Below are positions 7,040-13,459 of a stretch of DNA of 13,578 nucleotides, one piece after another. The position numbers and the translations under genes are program-made. The notes beneath the pieces are model-generated. The model was given only the letters and a program-made list of their open reading frames with translations. It was not told where the DNA came from and searched no databases. Every line of letters begins with the position of its first letter. Position 1 is the stretch's first letter. This DNA comes from a virus: IMG/VR virus record IMGVR_UViG_3300029915_000364. The stretch is one strand, 5' to 3'.

Positions 7040-7856
7040 GGTACACTCCGGCCCAAATGTTGGCAAACGCCTCCGGGGTCCAGTTACCAACCAAGTCTGA
7101 TACTTGACCGTCTCCAATTTCTACCACCCGAGGCTGGCCGTCGTCGCGAATCGCGATGTCCACGGAGTAGAAGGGAGACGCCACGCGGGTACGAACAGTC
7201 TCAAGCAGGTCGTAAATACCGTTGGTGTCCACCTTTGCCCACTCCCCCGAAACCCCGATAGTCCGTCCTTGGATAACGAAGAAGCGGCGTTCGTCGGTCA
7301 GTTTCTCCACCCGGCGAACACAGATGCCGCCCTCCAACTTGCCACGGAATTTTGTCATGGCATCAAGCAGTGTGAGGACATCTTGCGGTGTCGTCACCGA
7401 TGGATGGTTCTCCAGCTTCAGGGACTTCACATAGTCCTTGATAAAGTAGTGCTCCCACCCCAATGCCTGTAGAGCCAGCACGAGGTTGAACTGCGGGGTG
7501 AAACAGAACTCAGGAAAAACTACAGTATCAGGAGTCAGCCCCGCTATCAGCGGGTACCAGCACGGCAGGTGGTGACAGCGAATGTAGTCCTCCGGGCGAG
7601 TAAACAGCCGCCCACCCATCGTCTTCACCTTGTCTGTCATAGCGCGGTATTCAGCCGAGTTTAGCATCCAGCCACGATACACTACCACAGCACCATCGAA
7701 CCCTCTCGGGTTGTTACTGCAATCTCCCCAGATTCCACCTGCCTCAGTGGAGTACACAGAGTTGGGGTAGCGTTTCAGAGCGGACGCCTGCGGGGCGAAA
7801 TACTCATCCAGCTTTTTCGGGTTCAGCGGGTCAGCCGGGAATATGAAGTGTAGCAT
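7032..7856 (-). CDS. ATP-grasp domain protein (RimK-related / R2K-clade amidoligase, DUF4343-like)
   Basis: ATG at 7856 with GGAGG and AAGGG upstream is preferred over the GTG at 7940, which would overlap the upstream ORF by 31 nt and add a low-complexity N-terminus. The product has AVVVYRGWMLNSAEY near the N-terminus. Its C-terminal RFFVIQGRTIGVSGEW...SPFYSVDIAIRDDGQPRVVEIGDGQVSDL is typical of the ATP-grasp C-terminal subdomain found in phage-associated RimK-like ligases. Confidence 0.75.
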   Translation of the reverse strand: MLHFIFPADPLNPKKLDEYFAPQASALKRYPNSVYSTEAGGIWGDCSNNPRGFDGAVVVYRGWMLNSAEYRAMTDKVKTMGGRLFTRPEDYIRCHHLPCWYPLIAGLTPDTVVFPEFCFTPQFNLVLALQALGWEHYFIKDYVKSLKLENHPSVTTPQDVLTLLDAMTKFRGKLEGGICVRRVEKLTDERRFFVIQGRTIGVSGEWAKVDTNGIYDLLETVRTRVASPFYSVDIAIRDDGQPRVVEIGDGQVSDLVGNWTPEAFANIWAGVYHD

Positions 7857-7909
7857 ACCACCCTTTCTACCTCCGTGGTTTAGTATCCCCGGACAACCGA
7901 GGTTTGGCT

Positions 7910-8155
7910 TTAGTGGCCGTAGTTGCACCCGACCATCCACTCCCGGCCTTGCAGGTCAGTCACTGTGGTTTCAAAGCTACCACAGCACCCCCGGCTTCTG
8001 GCTTCCTCGAACAACGCCATGGAGGTCAAGTCGGAGGTCAAGCCATACCGCTGGTTGTCGGCGTACTCCAGCCCGTCGTCCTCAACGAACGCATCCAGAG
8101 CAGCTTTCACTTCAGACGGTACTTCAATGGGGGCACTCGTGCTAAATTTTTCCAT
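7910..8155 (-). CDS. Hypothetical small Cys-containing protein (81 aa)
   Basis: ATG at 8155 with GGAG 6 nt upstream. The acidic N-terminal half (DAFVEDDGLEYADNQ) is followed by RGCCGSFETTVTDLQGREWMVGCNYGH. It sits 53 nt upstream of the ATP-grasp gene. Confidence 0.5.
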   Translation of the reverse strand: MEKFSTSAPIEVPSEVKAALDAFVEDDGLEYADNQRYGLTSDLTSMALFEEARSRGCCGSFETTVTDLQGREWMVGCNYGH

Positions 8156-8244
8156 GTCATCTCCGAAAAATATTCAGCGGCGAGGATACGATGAATTCAG
8201 CACATCGGCCAGACCGCACGTGTTTTGTCAGCTCAATCTTGAAA

Positions 8245-8273
8245 GTGGGGGCGGGGTGCTAGCCTACCCCCAC
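8245..8273 (-). terminator. Putative terminator hairpin after the Ku gene
   Basis: Minus-strand RNA would read GUGGGGGUAGGCUAGCACCCCGCCCCCAC, a GC-rich 7-bp outer stem, followed by UUUCAAGAUU. The U-tract is weak, so this could instead be an attenuator or regulatory hairpin. Confidence 0.4.
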
Positions 8274-8280
8274 GATGTCG

Positions 8281-9267
8281 TTACTTACCAGCCTTTGCAG
8301 CCTTCTTGTTGGCCAGTGAAGCCTTCAAAGCGGCCATCAGGTCAACCGTGACCACTGCGGTGGCGTCCTGCTTCTTGACTTCAGGAGCGGCCACGCCAGC
8401 CTTCTTGGCGGTCAGCAGGTTGCGGAAGCGAATCGAGAACTTGTCGTTGTAGTCCGAGGAGACGAACTTGTCAGACATCGCCTCGCCAAGCTGCTTCGCC
8501 AGAGTCTTCTCGTCCTCGCTCAGGACAACCGGGGCAACCTTGTCGAAGATGCGGATTTCGTGTTCGAAGTACACGAAGTGAACCGCCAGACCAACCTTCA
8601 AAGGGCGGATGATGACAGTCTGTTCACGCCCCCTCTGAGCGGTCTGAGCAACAGCCACCTGACCCGTGCTCACCAGCATCTCGCGGAAGACGGCGAGGGC
8701 GCGTTCGACAATCGAACCACCATCGGCTCCGAGGTACTCGGCAGCTTCGAAGTACAGGGGGTCAACTTCCGTCGCCGGAACCAGCTTCTCAACGGTCATG
8801 ACCTTGTCGGCCAGAACCATGCAGCCCTTCTTCTCGTCGTCAGTGATGACGAAAAACTTGCCGTCGTCATCCTTCATGCCCTTCAGGGACTGGGCACGCT
8901 CGACAATCGCCTCGCACGCCTCACACTTCATCGCACCCTGCTTAAGCTGTCCGTACACGGGAGCCTCTTCAGAGGCTTCGTGGTTGCACTGGTGAATCAT
9001 GTTGGTCTTGAACTTCTCGGAGTCCTCAATGACCTTGTAGGTCTTGACGGGGACGGTCAGGCCATTCGCGCCCTCGATGACGACCAGCTTACCCGACCAA
9101 GTCGAACGGCCACAGCCAACCTTCTCGGGGGCGGCGGCGTTCACATCGGCGAACTCAACCTTCGGGTGGAGAAGGTTGTTCAACTTGCTGGAGAGGTCGG
9201 CGACACTAGGCTTCGCGGGAGCCGCGACGGGGGTTTCGGTCTTCGATGTGTTCTTTGCCTTTGCCAT
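8281..9267 (-). CDS. ku: Ku-family DNA end-binding protein (NHEJ Ku homologue) with an N-terminal extension and a Lys-rich C-terminal tail
   Basis: ATG at 9267 with AAGGAGAAACACC upstream. The bacterial Ku core is recognisable: STWSGKLVVIEGANGLTVPVKTY, then KGMKDDDGKFFVITDDE, then EVDPLYFEAAEYLGADGGSIVERALAVFREMLVSTGQVAVAQTAQRGREQTVIIRPLKVGLAVHFVYFEHEIR, then the Lys/Ala tail LMAALKASLANKKAAKAGK as in mycobacterial-type Ku. An extra roughly 50-aa Ala/Pro/Lys-rich N-terminus precedes the core. Confidence 0.85.
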   Translation of the reverse strand: MAKAKNTSKTETPVAAPAKPSVADLSSKLNNLLHPKVEFADVNAAAPEKVGCGRSTWSGKLVVIEGANGLTVPVKTYKVIEDSEKFKTNMIHQCNHEASEEAPVYGQLKQGAMKCEACEAIVERAQSLKGMKDDDGKFFVITDDEKKGCMVLADKVMTVEKLVPATEVDPLYFEAAEYLGADGGSIVERALAVFREMLVSTGQVAVAQTAQRGREQTVIIRPLKVGLAVHFVYFEHEIRIFDKVAPVVLSEDEKTLAKQLGEAMSDKFVSSDYNDKFSIRFRNLLTAKKAGVAAPEVKKQDATAVVTVDLMAALKASLANKKAAKAGK

Positions 9268-9289
9268 TTTGGTGTTTCTCCTTATGTTT

Positions 9290-9322
9290 ACAGTATACCG
9301 GGGAAGTACCAGATTTGTCTAC
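9290..9322 (-). promoter_or_regulatory. Putative phage promoter, copy B of the conserved element
   Basis: Minus strand reads TGTAGACAAATCTGGTACTTCCCCGGTATACTGTAAACATAAGGAGAAACACCAAAATG. It has -35 TAGACA, an 18-nt spacer, -10 TATACT, and the same GGAG..AAACAC leader as copies A and C. Confidence 0.45.
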
Positions 9323-9639
9323 AATTTTAGCTCTTCATCGTGCGTAAACGTAAATTTCCAGCCGCATCGGTCGCAGCGAGAGGAATATCGCACGTAAAAC
9401 GCTATCTGGCCATTGAATTCTTTGTAGATAAGCGTGCCCAGCGTGTAGTCTTCCCGGAGCGTACACTGGTCTTCGGAGCGCAAGTCAGCCCTGTACTTTG
9501 CGGCCTCCGTAAGCTGAGCAAGGTACCGCTCTGGGGTGACTTTTCCGTAGGAAAGGAGAGCCTCCCTGTCCTTTTTATCAGCTTCCTTCTCGTTGTTTAT
9601 TGTGCATCGTGGGCACTGTGCCCACTTACTCGCGCTCAT
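9319..9639 (-). CDS. Zinc-ribbon protein (CPRC...CDRC), 106 aa
   Basis: ATG at 9639 with GGGGGAT upstream. CxxC pairs sit near both termini (C9-P-R-C and C-D-R-C-G-W) with about 80 aa between them. It lies between the rIIB terminator and the Ku promoter. It could be a small DNA-binding or regulatory protein, but I recognise no family. Confidence 0.6.
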   Translation of the reverse strand: MSASKWAQCPRCTINNEKEADKKDREALLSYGKVTPERYLAQLTEAAKYRADLRSEDQCTLREDYTLGTLIYKEFNGQIAFYVRYSSRCDRCGWKFTFTHDEELKL

Positions 9640-9672
9640 AGAATCCCCCTGATTCGATCCTTTGAAGAATTT

Positions 9673-9708
9673 TCAAAATAAACCGGGAGCCCTGTACGGC
9701 TCCCGGTT
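9673..9708 (-). terminator. Rho-independent terminator after the rIIA/rIIB-like gene pair
   Basis: Minus-strand RNA would read AACCGGGAGCCGUACAGGGCUCCCGGUU (11-bp stem, 6-nt loop) followed by UAUUUUG. It lies about 40 nt downstream of the stop at 9746..9748. The flanks are asymmetric, so it is unidirectional for the minus strand. Confidence 0.65.
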
Positions 9709-9745
9709 CGGGCAGGGTAGAAGGAGAATGGACTACCCCGAATTG

Positions 9746-10978
9746 TTAGTAACCCCCGTCGTCTTCCTCGTCACAGTCCTCATCTTCCTCGTACTCATCT
9801 TCCTCGTCGGAGGGCTCGCCCAGATCGACGCGCTCATCTTCCTCCGGGACTGCTGACGCAGGTGTTGGGTAAGCAACCCCGGCAGCCTTAGTCAGAGCGA
9901 TGATTCCTTCGAGATACGAGTCAATCTCGTCCTGTGTGGGGTTTTTCTTGCGTTCGAGGTTGTATGCCTCAGCCGTGGACACGTCCATGGCCTTTGCCAC
10001 CTGCGAAGTGGTCAGCTTAGCCGCCACACGTGCGGGGCGAAGCGGGTTCTCGAACAGCTTGGACTGTTCCACCGGAACCGTCTCGCCGAACTTCGTGAGC
10101 CAACTCTGCAAACGAACCAGTGATGCCTTACGGAATGACTTGGGGTTCAGCTTCTTGTTACGCACCAGACGCTTTACAGCCGGGAGCGAGGTCAAAGCCT
10201 TAATCAGGTCGCGACGTTCCTTGTTAATAGCCAGCACGCCCTTACCCTCCAACTCAGCGTAGCCCTCAGCCGTGAACTCGATTTCGTCCTTGTTACCAAG
10301 TTCTCTCATGACTTCGTAGCGGGTGACACGCATCTTGCCACCGTTGGCCGAGAGGACATCACGCGGGTGAATTTTCACCTCCATGCACTTCGAACCATAC
10401 GTGCCATACTTCTTCGAGCACACGTGGTAGCCTGAGGCGCATTGCGTCCGCCAGTTGGCGTCCACCAGGTTGCGGGAAGTGATGATGATTTCGCCGGGTG
10501 TGTTCAGTACGGTACCCGTGTGGGTATCCGTGTAGTCGTCACGGACGTACTTATACGCCGCGAAGGTACCGTCGTCATAGATCGGCAACTCGTTATCCAT
10601 CAGCCACTCGTAGAACTCAGAGATAGCTTCCGGCTGCGGGTTCTTGTACAGGTTGTCCATGAACTTCAGCAGCGAAGCCACAGGCTGACCGTGGTCGATG
10701 AGTTCAAGCATCCGCTTGGTCAGAGTCGAGTTGACTTCGCGGCCTTTGTATGTCACCAGACCCCTTTCAATCTTGACGTGGCCGTGGCTTTGGTTGGCAA
10801 TCTGCTCCGCCAGCGAGACCAGTTTCGGAATCTTCGCCCACGCCTTTGCCTTCAGGGCAGCGACCACCTGCTTGAATGTCGGGTGGCTGGGAACCAACTG
10901 GAACGAGCGTCCTCTGACGATTACCGATACGAAATCGGGCGTCATGATGTAGGGTACTGCTGCCTGTAGGTTAGACAT
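9746..10978 (-). CDS. rIIB: rIIB-like protein with a C-terminal HTH-like segment and a long acidic tail ending in Tyr
   Basis: The ATG lies in ATGTCTAA and overlaps the TAA stop of the upstream rIIA-like gene by 8 nt, with AAGGAG 10 nt upstream. The core DDGTFAAYKYVRDDYTDTHTGTVLNTPGEIIITSRNLVDANWRTQCASGYHVCSKKYG...VKIHPRDVLS...KMRVTRYEVMREL fits my recollection of the conserved rIIB block. Its position immediately after rIIA supports the call. The C-terminus reads EEDERVDLGEPSDEEDEYEEDEDCDEEDDGGY. Confidence 0.6.
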   Translation of the reverse strand: MSNLQAAVPYIMTPDFVSVIVRGRSFQLVPSHPTFKQVVAALKAKAWAKIPKLVSLAEQIANQSHGHVKIERGLVTYKGREVNSTLTKRMLELIDHGQPVASLLKFMDNLYKNPQPEAISEFYEWLMDNELPIYDDGTFAAYKYVRDDYTDTHTGTVLNTPGEIIITSRNLVDANWRTQCASGYHVCSKKYGTYGSKCMEVKIHPRDVLSANGGKMRVTRYEVMRELGNKDEIEFTAEGYAELEGKGVLAINKERRDLIKALTSLPAVKRLVRNKKLNPKSFRKASLVRLQSWLTKFGETVPVEQSKLFENPLRPARVAAKLTTSQVAKAMDVSTAEAYNLERKKNPTQDEIDSYLEGIIALTKAAGVAYPTPASAVPEEDERVDLGEPSDEEDEYEEDEDCDEEDDGGY

Positions 10979-13379
10979 ATGCGGTCATCTCCTTGATGTT
11001 ATCGTTAATGCTGGACTGTGCTTCACGATTCGCATCTTCCAGCTTGAAGTAGTTGGTTACTACCACCGCTTCCTCTATTGTACCAGCCATCCAGCTAGAA
11101 CGGCCAGTATATTTCATCATCGGGTAGAATTCTTTTACTTCATCCCACTTCTTCCCGAAGTCGATAACCACTCGCTGCGGCATCGTGTACTTATTACGGG
11201 CGGCGGCTACCTGAAGTACGCTCTGCAACGCAGTGCCTTCCGCCTTAGTGCGGCTCTCCTTGGCCTTATTCAATTTGACTACGAACTGCTGTACCGGGCT
11301 CTCTGCGTCCATGGGGTGCTCGGTCATGTAATCGAACACGAAATCCCAACTGGTAGAGAAGTTGCCAATGCAATCCACCATGGTCATGCGCTGTTCACGA
11401 GCCGGGGTCATGTGCTTCTTGACAGCCGCCCAGACCGCTGGCATGTAGGGCTTCCAATCAGCACCTTCAATCAGCTTCGAGTTAGCCTTCAGACCGTAGA
11501 CCGGAACATCCAGAAGGTTCGACTCGCGAACCGAATTGACAAACCTCACGAACTCCCGGGCTTTGTAGAACCCCGTGGACTCGTGGCCGGAGCCACTGCC
11601 ATCCGTAATGACGTAATACTTCATGCCGGGGAGGTCGATGACATCGTTGTCAGCCTTGTCCCAAGCCTTCGCCCAGCCCGCGCTGCCACGGCGGGGGTGG
11701 GGCACTTCGTTCACCAGTACCGAGACGTTGCGGCGTTGGCGGGGGATGGCTACTCCCTTCTCTCGCGGAGTGTCCACAAATTCGCCATAGCGTGCCTTCA
11801 GCTCGGAAGCGAGGGTGACAGGCGGATTGCCAAGCTTCTCCATCATGGTGAGCCCCTGCGACATCACCGTGCTCATGTCCACTGACTTGTTCTGACGATT
11901 GACGCAGTACACCAACGTCTTGCCGCCACGGTCAACCGCGCACTGGAGGAAGTAGCCAATGTACTTATCCGCAGAGACCTTCAGGTCATTGATGACGAAG
12001 GCCACCTTGGGCTCGACTTCCACCCGTACATCGTAGTTCTTGCGGCATGTCGGGTCTTCTGCGATGCGGTCACGCATGTTTTTGACAGACGCGGCGTTGA
12101 AGGAGAACAGTGATTCCTTCTTGGCTCTCTTCTCAGCCCGAAAATTGTAGCTGTACTGAGTGAGCTGAATGCCCTCATAGTCGGATTTGTTGACCACGGC
12201 CATCTCATCGCTCATGGTGAAGTGGCTGTAGTTGCCCAAGAGTAGACCGTTGTTGTAGGCATCGTTGACAATCTTGCCGAGGCTTCCGCCTCGCGAAGTC
12301 AGGTCGTAAATCTGGAGCCGTGCTTCCCAGACAGCAGCGCACTGGTCAATCTTCTTCTTGATTTCCTCCAACATCCCCTCATGAACCCCGTCTAGAGCCT
12401 TCAGGATGTTGCCGACAGTACGTTCGTCCAACTGAATGAACTCGCGGGAAGCGGTAACTTCCAAGTCGCCAATCGGGAGGAAGATATCCAACTCCATCTC
12501 GCTGATACGCCGCTGGTGGGTATTCATGCGGCTGATGTCGATGTCGCCCACATCGTAGGGCACGATGCCCTGAATCGCCCGGAGACCGCTGATGGTGCTG
12601 ACGGTGTTGTCACGCAGACCCCACTTCTCGGTTCTGATGGTGTAAATCTGTTTGTTTATCGAAATTTCTTTGTTGAAAATCGGCAACGGGGAGAAGAACT
12701 CGAACACACTACGTGCCTTGTTCTCAAACTCCCAGATGTCCCCAATCTTTACCGGGAGGGAAATTTCCACCCCATTGGGGGAGTCCGGGGTATCCTCCTT
12801 GCTCTGAAGGACGACCGTGGGGAAGCCATTGTGTACCGCTGCCTGATAGATGCGGGTGACACCCTCGTAGCGGTTGGTGATAGAGAATCCGCCGCCCTTT
12901 TCGTCATAGCAGAAGGGGCTCTTGGAGCCGATGCCCATGGCACCGATGAACTCATTGGAGTCGTTCTTGTCGCTGGCGAAGTAGATGCAGTACAGGCTAA
13001 TGACGGCATCATAGTCGCCAGTGCCGTCGCAGTCGGGGCAGGGGGTATCACCGTGCTGGGTCTCTACAAGACCAACACCATGGCACTGTTTGCAGCCCCC
13101 CTCGATGTACTTCAGGCCAGTGCCGAAGTCATTAAGGCGGAAGGTCGGGTCGAAAGCGGTAGGCAGGTGAATCTCGAAAGGTGTGTCGGCTTTGCCAGCA
13201 GCGACATGAGCGTCCCTGGCGTTGCAAGCCAATTCGCGGAGGATAGCTTCAATCTTGCTATTGTAGATGCCCGACGAAAAGAGCTTGAAAGCCAAAGCAC
13301 TGTTGTTGAACGAGAATGCTCTGGGGCGGGTTAATGCCCCACCAACTTCCATTGCACTACCTGCGGTTCCTAGTTTCAT
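10971..13379 (-). CDS. rIIA: rIIA-like GHKL/Bergerat-fold ATPase (Hsp90/HtpG-like N-terminal ATP-binding motifs) with an inserted CxxCxGxG zinc finger
   Basis: ATG at 13379 with GGAGAG 10 nt upstream is preferred over the TTG at 13397 used by the track, which lacks an SD. The N-terminus closely matches my recollection of T4 rIIA at three points. LAFKLFSSGIYNSKIEAILRELACNARDAH resembles [30 protein letters not shown] (GHKL N-box, E-x3-N-x2-D). AFDPTFRLNDFGTGL resembles LDPRFVCRDFGPGM (G1 box, DxGxG). SNEFIGAMGIGSKSPFCY resembles SNDFIGGFGLGSKSPFSY (G2 box). The region between the G1 and G2 boxes contains GGCKQCHGVGLVETQHGDTPCPDCDGTG. Confidence 0.8.
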   Translation of the reverse strand: MKLGTAGSAMEVGGALTRPRAFSFNNSALAFKLFSSGIYNSKIEAILRELACNARDAHVAAGKADTPFEIHLPTAFDPTFRLNDFGTGLKYIEGGCKQCHGVGLVETQHGDTPCPDCDGTGDYDAVISLYCIYFASDKNDSNEFIGAMGIGSKSPFCYDEKGGGFSITNRYEGVTRIYQAAVHNGFPTVVLQSKEDTPDSPNGVEISLPVKIGDIWEFENKARSVFEFFSPLPIFNKEISINKQIYTIRTEKWGLRDNTVSTISGLRAIQGIVPYDVGDIDISRMNTHQRRISEMELDIFLPIGDLEVTASREFIQLDERTVGNILKALDGVHEGMLEEIKKKIDQCAAVWEARLQIYDLTSRGGSLGKIVNDAYNNGLLLGNYSHFTMSDEMAVVNKSDYEGIQLTQYSYNFRAEKRAKKESLFSFNAASVKNMRDRIAEDPTCRKNYDVRVEVEPKVAFVINDLKVSADKYIGYFLQCAVDRGGKTLVYCVNRQNKSVDMSTVMSQGLTMMEKLGNPPVTLASELKARYGEFVDTPREKGVAIPRQRRNVSVLVNEVPHPRRGSAGWAKAWDKADNDVIDLPGMKYYVITDGSGSGHESTGFYKAREFVRFVNSVRESNLLDVPVYGLKANSKLIEGADWKPYMPAVWAAVKKHMTPAREQRMTMVDCIGNFSTSWDFVFDYMTEHPMDAESPVQQFVVKLNKAKESRTKAEGTALQSVLQVAAARNKYTMPQRVVIDFGKKWDEVKEFYPMMKYTGRSSWMAGTIEEAVVVTNYFKLEDANREAQSSINDNIKEMTAYV

Positions 13380-13399
13380 GTGGTTTCTTCTCTCCAATC

Positions 13400-13412
13400 A
13401 CAGTATACCGGG
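13400..13412 (-). promoter_or_regulatory. Putative phage promoter, copy C of the conserved element, upstream of rIIA
   Basis: Minus strand reads CCCCGGTATACTGTGATTGGAGAGAAGAAACCACATG, with the same TATACTGT-(3..6)-GGAG-(8..10)-ATG layout as copies A and B. The -35 is unclear here. Confidence 0.4.
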
Positions 13413-13421
13413 GTTGACACC

Positions 13422-13459
13422 TTTTTGGCTATTGTTTTAGAGATTTTTTTTGGCTATTG
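13422..13459. repeat. Tandem direct repeat TTTTTGGCTATTG x2 (25-bp periodicity), lying between the end of the edge ORF and the rIIA promoter
   Basis: Exact 13-nt copies sit at 13422..13434 and 13447..13459, separated by TTTTAGAGATTT. The second copy contains the TAG stop of the edge ORF. Confidence 0.6.

Noticed and set aside
7857-7940. GTG start extending the ATP-grasp ORF to 302 aa
   Set aside because: It would overlap the upstream 81-aa ORF by 31 nt and add a Gly/Pro/Arg-rich low-complexity N-terminus. The ATG at 7856 has a GGAGG SD.
13395-13397. TTG start for rIIA as implied by the ORF track (808 aa)
   Set aside because: No SD precedes it, and it sits only 3 nt from the conserved promoter element. 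The ATG at 13379 has GGAGAG at 10-nt spacing and matches the layout of the other two promoter/leader copies.
13408-13440. Plus-strand TTGACA at 13410..13415 as the -35 of an outward promoter
   Set aside because: No convincing -10 hexamer at 16-18 nt spacing (TTAGAG/TATTGT are poor). It is more likely part of the minus-strand promoter region and iteron pair.
13422-13459. Considered a CRISPR or att site
   Set aside because: Only two 13-nt copies with a 12-nt spacer, far too short for a CRISPR array. Both copies are adjacent rather than flanking an element, so this is not an att duplication.
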